Source of the DNA: Histomonas meleagridis 2922-C6/04-290x
Taxonomy: Eukaryota > Protista > Parabasalia
Direction of reading: 5' to 3'
Assembly: GCA_020184695.1 (NCBI GenBank)
Contig: JAANOX010000047.1
Span: forward strand, 372,001 to 436,000
DNA length: 64,000 nucleotides
A program made the position numbers and the translations under genes. This document shows positions 33,635 through 43,051 of this stretch, one piece after another (position 1 is the stretch's first letter; each line of letters begins with the position of its first letter). Below the pieces are notes generated by a model. That model did no database searches, had not been told where the DNA came from, and saw nothing but the letters and a program-made list of their open reading frames with translations.

Positions 33635-35056
33635 ATGGAAAAACTCATAGACGAACTTGAAAACGGACCATTAACGACAGCAAGTTTTGTTTCTCAAATA
33701 TTTTCACAAACAGAACAATCGGGTGCATTAGAGAAAATCGATCCTAAAGCTGCACTTGAATTACTTGTTCAAAGATCAAAACAACTTGAACAGGATTTAC
33801 GATCTGAGGTATGTGCTAATTCTGATGAACTTTTAGCTAATGCAAGAGATGTAAAATTTTTTAGAGATAATGTAACATCACTCAAATCACAAGTTGCTAA
33901 AACAAGAAAAGAAGCAGAAACAGTAGCCCTTTCACTTGTTGGTCCATTTAATACTATTCAGGAAAATGCGCGAAAATTAAATTCAACTTATGCAACATGC
34001 AAAAAGCTTCGTCTCTTATTGTTTTTCCTATCTCGTGTCAAACAGACAAAAGAAAAATTTACACTTACCAAAATTACAGGTATCACAAGTGAAATCAAGA
34101 AATTATGTGAACTTCAAAAAACAGCGCAAACTGGTGAACTCAACAATATTGAAGTATTCCAAAAGTTTTGGCTTCAAAAAAAGCCACTTTGCGATAGTTT
34201 AATCCGACTTGCCGATACACAATTTTCGTCTTCAATTGATAAGAACGATATCAGTTCCTCTACTAATGCTGCATGTGTTTTTGTGCATCTTGGAACTCTC
34301 ACACAGTTTTCACATTCCTATTATCAAAAATTGATAAAATCATTATGTTCGATTTCTCGGTCCAAACTCGAAAAGAGCACATCCGAGACCATCTTTGATG
34401 TACTTAAGAACGATTTCAAGCAACTTTCTGACACTCTCACCAAAGTTGACACATTATTCCAAAGTTGCGTATCAGCCATTCAAAAGTCACCAGATGCTGA
34501 AATCACTGATTTTGATGCGTCTCTGATATCACCGCAATCTGCTCTTACAGAATACTCAAGTAATCTGAGCAAAGTATTGTTAAAAATATCACAACAAAGT
34601 CAACCAATTTCATCAGAACTTATAAATCGTATTCCACTCATACGAAATCAATTGTTATCTGATGGATTCAAAGACCAACAGTTCCAAATTGTTGTGAATG
34701 CGTTCTCCAGTTTCCAGGACGCGTTCATGAAGCAGTCAAAGCAAGAAATGCGGAAGAACTTCTTTAGTTACTTCTCTCCGAACAGAGGAACAACACCAAA
34801 TGTGATCGCGCTTTATTGCGAGAGCATACAGAATAAGCTTGCAAAGTTCGACAGTGAATTACTAATGAAGTTTAAGGCATTGTTAATTCAATTAGCTAAC
34901 GATTTCGTAAAACTCGCAAAACATGATAATGCTGCTTTAAGAAATCAGGCAGAGATGTTCAAGAATGACGTAAAAGCTGGATTAGGAGGTGTGGCTGCAA
35001 AGTTATTTGGTAATCAGGCTGCAGATGAAGTGATCGCAGTTCTTGCTGAAAAGTGA
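33635..35056 (+). CDS. COG5: Conserved oligomeric Golgi complex subunit 5-like
   Basis: N-terminal pattern LEQDLRSEVCANSDELLANA...PFNTIQ...LRLLLFFL matches the COG5 N-terminal coiled coil as recalled. Confidence 0.65.
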   Translation: MEKLIDELENGPLTTASFVSQIFSQTEQSGALEKIDPKAALELLVQRSKQLEQDLRSEVCANSDELLANARDVKFFRDNVTSLKSQVAKTRKEAETVALSLVGPFNTIQENARKLNSTYATCKKLRLLLFFLSRVKQTKEKFTLTKITGITSEIKKLCELQKTAQTGELNNIEVFQKFWLQKKPLCDSLIRLADTQFSSSIDKNDISSSTNAACVFVHLGTLTQFSHSYYQKLIKSLCSISRSKLEKSTSETIFDVLKNDFKQLSDTLTKVDTLFQSCVSAIQKSPDAEITDFDASLISPQSALTEYSSNLSKVLLKISQQSQPISSELINRIPLIRNQLLSDGFKDQQFQIVVNAFSSFQDAFMKQSKQEMRKNFFSYFSPNRGTTPNVIALYCESIQNKLAKFDSELLMKFKALLIQLANDFVKLAKHDNAALRNQAEMFKNDVKAGLGGVAAKLFGNQAADEVIAVLAEK

Positions 35057-35213
35057 TGTGTTGTAAATATTCAATTCTGATGATAATGTTGGTTTTATTC
35101 AATTTCAATGGAAAAGTGTCGATTTGTGAAAATTGTGATAACGTTTGCGCGGTGTTAAAAGTTTGTTTTGTGGGTTGACGATACGGGTTTTTCTGTGTGG
35201 AAACCTTTGAATT

Positions 35214-35663
35214 ATGGCCAAGTGGGACGTTAATCAAGAAGAGATGCACCCAATAAGATCTTTCTCAGCAAGATCATCAACAAGTTCCTCTAAAAACGTG
35301 ACGCCGACTCAAATGATGAGTGACCGTGAATCGAGTGCATCAAGAGATTATTGTGCTGTAAAACAAACAATCAGAAATCGAGGTATTATGTTTTTCATAG
35401 CAATAATTATAGCAATAATACTTAACCCAGATAAACACATTGGAGTGTTTTTAATTAGGATCGGATTTACTGTTGTATTTATCTTCATCTTATTGAAATT
35501 TTCAGTTATGCGCTATCAAATGTACTTTTTCGAGTCATTCGCGATTTCATTTGTTGTAATTGCAGTAACATATTTTTTTATTACATGTCCATTGAAGAAT
35601 TTTCTTTTTATTACAGGTGGATGTGCAATTCTTGCAGTTATCTCATTTTTTGTTAAAATATAA
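35214..35663 (+). CDS. Hypothetical small multi-pass membrane protein
   Basis: 149 aa, Ser-rich N-terminus followed by about 4 hydrophobic segments. Confidence 0.6.
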   Translation: MAKWDVNQEEMHPIRSFSARSSTSSSKNVTPTQMMSDRESSASRDYCAVKQTIRNRGIMFFIAIIIAIILNPDKHIGVFLIRIGFTVVFIFILLKFSVMRYQMYFFESFAISFVVIAVTYFFITCPLKNFLFITGGCAILAVISFFVKI

Positions 35664-36065
35664 ATAAACAAATATCTTATGGGACATATGTATATTAAAC
35701 ACATAAATTTAACTTACATTTGTGATATGTAAATGCATTGTTTGATTAATTTATTTATCAATTTAAAATACATCTAAAATAACTGCTATGATAACCAAAT
35801 ACATCATAATCAAATATGTACCATAACAGTGAATGAATTATAATTTAAAATGTTATTTTTTATATATGCAAATTAAGACGAAGAAAAAACTATCTAAAAA
35901 AATTTACTTGACTAACATCAGGTTATAAGGCTTAATATACATTTCAATCAATATCTGAACTCAATAAATTATTTCGAAATGATCTTTAACACAGTAACTT
36001 CATGTGACGTATCTTTTTTGTTCCAGCAAATATAATAAAAAGTTTTTATTATTTGATTTTACCGC

Positions 36066-36750
36066 TCATAACTCTGCTCCACAATGTGAGCATATTTCTT
36101 CATATTTATCCATTTCATCATTAATTTTCTTTAAATCGTTTCGCACAATATCAATTGCCACTTTTCCCAAGAATAACGTTTCTGGAATTTCTTCTAATTC
36201 ATTTGCATCGATGATAAGCTGCGCGCCTTTCACATTGTCCTCCCACTTTCTCTTTTCGCGTGGCGGAAGGGTCTTACGAAGTTCTTCGTAATCATCAATA
36301 ATTATATCGGCTTGGCCACACTGATCAAAGAATGCGGTCTTAAATGGCCCTGGGGCAACGCAGCATGTACGAACACCGAAATGTTTGAACTCATCGCGCA
36401 TTGCAATTGTCATTCCTCGAAGTGCCATTTTATCGGCAGAGTACGTGCCCAACCCATAGAAGGAATGAAATGCTGCAATGTATGAAACATTGAAAATAGT
36501 ACCACTTATTAACAAGAACATCAATATGTCCAAAATGTTCAATAGCTTTAGAAACAACTGATCTGATGTTCTCTTCAGAATTGAGGTCAAGAAAAATTGG
36601 GAGGAAGTTTTCTGAAACTGAACCAATGGATGAGATTAATTTTTCCGGTGTTCGAGAGGTTGCAACAACCTTATCACCGCGGGCAAGAAGAAGTTTAACA
36701 AGTTCATGACCAATACCTGTTGATGTGCCTGTAACAAGCCATATTTTCAT
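36066..36750 (-). pseudogene. Short-chain dehydrogenase/reductase with internal frameshifting deletion
   Basis: TGTSTGIG and HIDVLVN in one frame; SGTIFNVS, YSADK (YxxxK) and VAPGPFKT in another, joined at ~36507. The NAG motif and the following helix are missing. Confidence 0.85.
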
Positions 36751-37101
36751 CCTGAAAGGAAATTTATAAATCTATCGTTCAATTTTTTCTATGCTATCGA
36801 AAAAATAAATAATAGAAAAATGGCTATCGGATCTTTTGAATTTTTAAACGGTCAAATTCATAAAACAACAATACGTTTTCCGAATCGGAAAACAATTGGA
36901 TTTCTAATTATTTTTCTTATATGGCAAGTAATAAAAATAATAGTAGATCATCAGTGTATTCATATTTTGATAAAATATTAGTGAACTTTGTAATGATAAA
37001 CAAAAAAAAAAAAAAAAAAAAAAATGAATAAAATTTGGACTTATCCAAAATTAAAAAGGTAAAAAATATTCATATCAAATACCTTCTTTTTAGTAAGCAT
37101 T

Positions 37102-39744
37102 TTAAGTAGTATTATTTCTATCATGCAATAATTTAACTATTTGAGTATTACCTTTTGAAGTTGCTAACATTAGTGCTGTTTTAAATAATTTAAATGATTC
37201 CCAAATTTCATTTTGAAATTTGAAATTGTTAAAATAAATTCCAAATAAAGCAAACATATATTCTTAGCATTAATATCAATATCATCTTTACCAAGAAGTA
37301 ATGTAGTTATTTTTGTTTGATTGTTTGCAACTGCAATCATAAGTGATGTAAAAAATAATTTAAATAATTTCCAAATGTTATTTTGAAACATAAAATCATG
37401 AAAACAAATTGCAAATAAAGCAAATATATATTCTTAGCATTAATGTCAATTCCGTCTTTCTCAAGAAGTAATTTGACGATTTCTAAATAGCCTTTTGAAG
37501 ATGCTAATATAAGTGCTGTAAAGAATAATTTTAATAATTTCCAAATTTTATTTTGAAATACGAAATTTATATTATAAATTTTAAGTAAAACAAGGAAATG
37601 TCTTTAACATTAACATCAATACCTTTTTGTTCAAGAAGCATTTTAACTATTTCTGTATGACCATATTCAGATCCTTTAATAAGTGCTGTGAAAAATAATT
37701 TTAATAATTTCCAAATATTATTTTGAAATATAAAATTATTAAAATAAATTTCAATTAAAACAAATAAATACTTTTAGCATTAACATTAATTCCTTTTTGT
37801 TCAAGAAGTAACTTAACTATTTCTATATGACCTTTTTCAGATGCTTTTATAAGTGCTGTATAAAATCCTTGAAATAATTTCCAAATATTATTTTGATACA
37901 AGAAATTATTAAAATAAAATTTATATAAAACAAATAAACATCTTTAGCATTAACATCAATTCCTTTTTGTGCAAGAAGTAATTTAACTATTTCTATGTAA
38001 TTTTTTTCAGATGCTTTTACAAGTGCTATATAAAATATTTCAAATAAATCCCAAACATTATTTTGAAATCCAAAATTATTAAAATAAATCATAAATAAAA
38101 CACATAAATATCTTTGGCATTAATGTCAATTCCTTCTTGTTCAAGAAGTAACTTAACAACTCCTGAATGACCATTTTCATATCCATACATAAACGCTGTT
38201 TTAAATAATATAAATAATTTCCAAATACAATTTTGAAATAATAAATAAATAAAACAAATTTTAAATATAACAAATAAATATTTTTAGCAGTAACGTCAAT
38301 TCCTTTTTGTTCAAGAAGTAATTTAACTATTTCTGTATGACCATTTTCAGATGCATGCATAAGTACTGTCCAAAATAATTCAAATAATTTCCAAATATTA
38401 TTTTGAAACATTAAATTATTAAAATTAATTTTAAATAAAACAAATAAATATCTTTAGCATTTACATCAATTTTTTTTTGATCAAGAAGTATTTTAACTGT
38501 TTCTGTATGACCATTTTCACATGCATAAAAGAGTATTGTTCTAAATAACGTGAATAATTTCCAAATTTTATTTTGAAACATAAAATTAATAAAATAAACT
38601 ATAAATAAAACATTTAAATATCTTTAGTATTAATATCAATTTCTTTTTGTTCTAAAACATATTTAACAAGTTCAGTATTTTCTGATTCTGATGTAGAAAA
38701 TAAAATGTCTTTTGGTAATTGATGATCTTTAAGGAAGTATTTAACAAGAAATAGATTTCCAATCTTTGCTGATTCACTGATGAAATCTTCGTTAATTTTC
38801 ATTCCTTCATCAATTAGAAATGAAAGAATTTCATAATTATGATATGTTATACATTTCTTTCCCAATTGTTCCAAATCTTGAATTTTTTCTAATTTGTTTT
38901 CATAAAAATATTTAAAGATATCATTTCGATGAAATTCAATTGCTATTTCATATGTGTTTTCAAATTTCGAAGAATTTTGTGCACATAAATGAAATATCTC
39001 TAAATTTCCACCTGCAATCGCAAATTTACCTGAATCAATTAAATTTGCGCCATTCATAATTAAATACTTAAAACATTTAACTGATCCAAAAAATGCAGCA
39101 AAATCAACTAATGTAACATTTTTTTGATTTATAAATGTACTTCGTTCATAAAGTGATGGCTCAATTGTTTGATTAAAATCAAAATTCGTTTGTGATGTTA
39201 TTTCTTGAAGTTTTTCAACTTCATCATTTCTAATCATTTTCGAGATTTCATTTGGATTTTCTCCTTCTTTAATTAATTGTTTATGAAGTTCAGAATCATC
39301 CTTTAGTGTTTCTTTATAATTACTCATATTGACATTATAATAAAACTTGGAATATTCGAAGTCTGGTCTGTCGAAAAATGACTTTAAATAATTATATTCG
39401 TTCATCTTATGTAAAATGTAACTTGATTCAGATGTGCGCTTTTTGGCAAGATAATTCGCAAATATATTAAGTACTTTTGAAGAAATTTTATTGTTCTCTT
39501 CAAATGTTTCAATTGTATTTAGTAATTTAAAATATAGATCTATATCATTCAATCTCGTAAGAAGTTTAAAATATATCATTTGACTTATAACTATATTGAA
39601 GGTAATCGGATGAATATAATCAAATTTTTGAATCAGTGAATTTATTGATTGATTATAATTTTTTGAGTTCAAACCAAAAATTATTTGCTTGATTGACATA
39701 AGTATTTCCCATTCGTTTTGAGTTTTTTGATTTGCTTTTTCCAT
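37102..39744 (-). CDS. DUF3447-type ankyrin repeat protein whose C-terminal ankyrin modules are separated by 80-nt spacers
   Basis: N-terminal ORF with PSLYER, FAAFFGSVKCFKYL, AIAGGNLEI, AIEFHRNDIF. Then eight 30-codon modules (TALxxASExGHxEIVKLLLEQKGIDVNAKD-type) and a terminal module TALMLATSKGNTQIVKLLHDRNNTT* ending at 37102. Confidence 0.8.
37180..38619 (-). repeat. 170-bp tandem unit: 80-nt AT-rich spacer plus 90-nt ankyrin module
   Basis: Spacers at 38540-38619, 38370-38449, 38200-38279, 38030-38109, 37860-37939, 37690-37769, 37520-37599, 37350-37429, 37180-37259. Each was counted by hand at 80 nt. Confidence 0.93.
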
Positions 39745-40201
39745 TTGTGTGTGTTTTATAAAAATGCCAGTCAACACACTTTTGTTGGAACAAATTTGTC
39801 AAAATATAACTGCTAAATTATATCAAAAAGTGGATTTTAATCTGCTAAAAAGTTCAAAAAGTCATATCGATTAACGTTCACTAATCATTATTTTCAATGG
39901 GTTTTTCTGCAATGCATGTGGCATATATTATTTGTTGCTTATATCACCAATCAATATTTTCAACATAGATTTAAGTATTTATATAAATAATTTTTTTGGG
40001 AATGCAAAACGATTAATCTCAAAATGAATTTTTTGTCAAAATGCATTAATGAAAAAAATGAATTAAATAAAAAGAAAGTGAATATTTTTGAAATAAAGAA
40101 ACTTCTTAAATCTCAATTTCAATGAAAAAGAACGAAGTCAAAAACTTATTTATTTTGTCCATGTTCATGTGCGCCAATAAACAACATTTATATTTTGTTA
40201 T

Positions 40202-42880
40202 TCAAAATATTATTCTTAAAATGAAATTCACTACGAAAAGGGGTATAGTAAATACAAATGATGTTAACCATTGCATTGGTTCTAGCCAAGCTAAATGAAG
40301 TACATTTCCTATTTGTCTAACACATGTGAAACAAGCCAACAATGAAATGCTGATGACGATGAACACTGCCAATTTAATACTTTTATATCCACTACCCGAA
40401 ACAGCATCAATTGCATTCATAATATAAACTCCTAACAAAGTTACAGCAGATAATGTTGCTGGGACGTCATCTATAAACAATGATTTCATTGAATTTCTTT
40501 TGCCGAATAAAATTGATTGATATGGAATTTGGAGACCGTTAGAATCAAATGAATAATAATACAGGGCTGCCCCAAAAGCCGATACGCCGCCAACGATACC
40601 CGAAACGACAAACCGTATGACACTTTTTGCCAAAAAGTTCTTTGTTTTCTTCTTTGTCATGTAAACATTTGAAGCGATACATTGAGTAAATGGAAGAGTT
40701 AATAAACTTAAAACGAGTATAACAGAAGATGAGAACTTACATTGAATACCAATAATTCCATAAATCAAGTAATTAACGATTTGTGCGATTCCACACGATA
40801 AAATAAATCTTAAACAAGCGATTGAAGTTAATTTTGTTGATCTTGAGAACATTGCAGCCTTTGATATCGAATTCAACGAGTTATTCTTCAGTATCATTGA
40901 AGAGACGCCTCTAATGCATTCGTTACTATTACTTAAAGTAATTCCTACATCAGAAGATCTTAATGCAGAGATATCATCAACATTTGTTGAAACGAATCCA
41001 ACGAATTCATTGTTTTCTTTAAGATGATTTATAAGTTCGATTTTTTCGGCTGAAGAAAATCCGCAAAAAACATTTTTTTGTTTGATAATATTTTTCTTTT
41101 CTTCATTGCTCATTTTAGACCATTGTTTATCATTAATAATATCATCCTTTGGAAAACGTAACATTTCGGAGTACATTGAAGTTATCTCTTCGTCTTCATT
41201 CGATATTAAAATTGTTTTAATGTCGGAACTCTTACATAGTTCGATTGATGAAAGTGCGTCCTTTCGAAGTAAGTTCGATATTGCAATACCTGAAATCCAT
41301 ACATGATTTCCATTATTATTCTCTTTGTAAGAAATTCCTTTTGGTATAAATTGTTTTGCCCAAATGTTTGAGCATAAATATTCAAGTTTCTTTCTGAGTT
41401 CATTCGAAATTAGTTTTTCTTCACCAGTTTCATCATCAACATAATATTTACATTTGTTTAAAACTTTCTGATAATTTCCGATTTTATATATATTATTATC
41501 ACATTTAAATACAATTTTGTTTTCATTGTTTACAATTACTTCGGTTTCTTTGTTACGTTTTATTGATGTCCAAGCTTTTAGAAGTTGAATGTTTGGATCT
41601 TTATCGAAAACTTTATGCATTAATTTATTTGCGAATATTTGTAACGAAGGAATTCGTTTATTAGATGAAGTAATTACAAAATTATTTTCATTGTATATAA
41701 TTCCTGGTTGATCGATAAGCATTAAAGATATTATTAATTTTTCAATTGCTTTACGTGAATTTAAATCAGTACATTCTTCATCATTTTGTGTAATTCTCCC
41801 ATTTAGTTGATATCCTTTGTTTTCAACATGAAATAAATCAACAAGTTCATTAGAAATGGTTGAAAATTGATTAACTGTTAATATGTCAGATGCTAATGTT
41901 GAAAATAAATCATAACAAAGAACAGATACATTTCCAATTGTATCAATGGAATGCGTGTCAATAACTATTGTATTGTTCTTTGACATTTCATGTGACGCAA
42001 TAATTTGTGAATTACGTAAATATAATGAAAGATTCTCTGGAATAGAAACAATGGCTAATGCAAGAGAAAGACGAAATATGATTAAAAGAGTTTTTGTGTC
42101 TTTCGGATTTTGAACGTTTAAAAGGAAAATCAAAAAACATAAAACGATGATTAAAATGGATGATATTTTGCTAAAGTTATTAAGTTGTGAAATAAGACGT
42201 TTCCCAGATGGAGTGGAACGAACTGAAATTGTTTTGAAGTCTTTCATTGAGGAAACTTTGATAACAAGACATTGAAGATTTCCTTTCAAAATAGAAGAAC
42301 CTGCAATGATTTCCCCTTCTCGGTTGGTGGAGGTTGTAAGCTGTGAGTTTTCATCAAGAGTTTCGTATTCAACAGTTGGTGAATTGACATTTAAGATTAA
42401 AAGACCTGCTGGTGCACGGTTGCCAGAACTTAACTCAATGATGTCTCCACAAACAAGATCTTCACCATTGACATTTGTGATGTGATTGTTTCGGTGAACT
42501 TTGAAAGTTTGTGATAAATATTTAAATGTTTCTTTTTTAAGATTTCTGTTTTTATGCTCAAAGTATATTGATATAAAGGCTGTTATCATAAGAGAAATTA
42601 AAATAATCAATGGCTCGACGTAATATTCAAAGTTAAATTTAGGGTTGATATTATTAATAATCGAATAGTATGCAACAAAGGCTGAGCAAAGAAGGCCAAT
42701 CACAGTTGTGTTCTTGAATTGGCTTAAAATTAAGCGAAAAATATTTTTTGATGTTGTTATTTTCATGCAATTGTTGCCAAAATTTTGTCGATTAGCTTTT
42801 ATTCTTTCATTTGGAAGTCCTGTTTTTGGATGACTTCCATATTTACTTAGTTGTTCTTCTACGTATTTCCCATAATCCAT
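40202..42880 (-). CDS. SERCA-like (P2A) P-type ATPase homolog with degenerate catalytic motifs
   Basis: Architecture retained: GLPNERIKANRQNFGNN, LVCGDIIEL, AIVSIPENL, IDTIGNVSVLCYD, ISALRSSDVGI, CLRFILSCGIA, WLEPMQW. DKTGT, TGES, TGD and GDGVND are altered. Confidence 0.85.
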   Translation of the reverse strand: MDYGKYVEEQLSKYGSHPKTGLPNERIKANRQNFGNNCMKITTSKNIFRLILSQFKNTTVIGLLCSAFVAYYSIINNINPKFNFEYYVEPLIILISLMITAFISIYFEHKNRNLKKETFKYLSQTFKVHRNNHITNVNGEDLVCGDIIELSSGNRAPAGLLILNVNSPTVEYETLDENSQLTTSTNREGEIIAGSSILKGNLQCLVIKVSSMKDFKTISVRSTPSGKRLISQLNNFSKISSILIIVLCFLIFLLNVQNPKDTKTLLIIFRLSLALAIVSIPENLSLYLRNSQIIASHEMSKNNTIVIDTHSIDTIGNVSVLCYDLFSTLASDILTVNQFSTISNELVDLFHVENKGYQLNGRITQNDEECTDLNSRKAIEKLIISLMLIDQPGIIYNENNFVITSSNKRIPSLQIFANKLMHKVFDKDPNIQLLKAWTSIKRNKETEVIVNNENKIVFKCDNNIYKIGNYQKVLNKCKYYVDDETGEEKLISNELRKKLEYLCSNIWAKQFIPKGISYKENNNGNHVWISGIAISNLLRKDALSSIELCKSSDIKTILISNEDEEITSMYSEMLRFPKDDIINDKQWSKMSNEEKKNIIKQKNVFCGFSSAEKIELINHLKENNEFVGFVSTNVDDISALRSSDVGITLSNSNECIRGVSSMILKNNSLNSISKAAMFSRSTKLTSIACLRFILSCGIAQIVNYLIYGIIGIQCKFSSSVILVLSLLTLPFTQCIASNVYMTKKKTKNFLAKSVIRFVVSGIVGGVSAFGAALYYYSFDSNGLQIPYQSILFGKRNSMKSLFIDDVPATLSAVTLLGVYIMNAIDAVSGSGYKSIKLAVFIVISISLLACFTCVRQIGNVLHLAWLEPMQWLTSFVFTIPLFVVNFILRIIF

Positions 42881-43051
42881 TTTGCTGGTTGACTTTTTGG
42901 TATGTTATTCTAACGGCTTATAAAAGCGCGCGATTTGTCATGTCTAAATTGAGAAAGAAACGATTCTAACCGACTATTTTAATTTTTGAAACAAATTGAC
43001 ATTGGCAAATAATTTTTGAATGAATATGGAATGTCATTATACCTTTTATCA

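Noticed and set aside
37180-38619. Ankyrin spacers as ordinary GT/GC-AG spliceosomal introns
   Set aside because: All nine have GT or GC at positions 9-10 and seven are followed by AYAG, but that excision is 76 nt (leaving 94 nt per unit, out of frame). There is no CTAAC/T branch box, and spacer 1 has a stop before the GT. AT-AC excision (82 nt) is also out of frame.
37180-38619. CRISPR-like array (constant repeat plus variable spacer)
   Set aside because: Both parts of the unit are homologous between copies and one part encodes ankyrin. Eukaryotic context, no cas genes.
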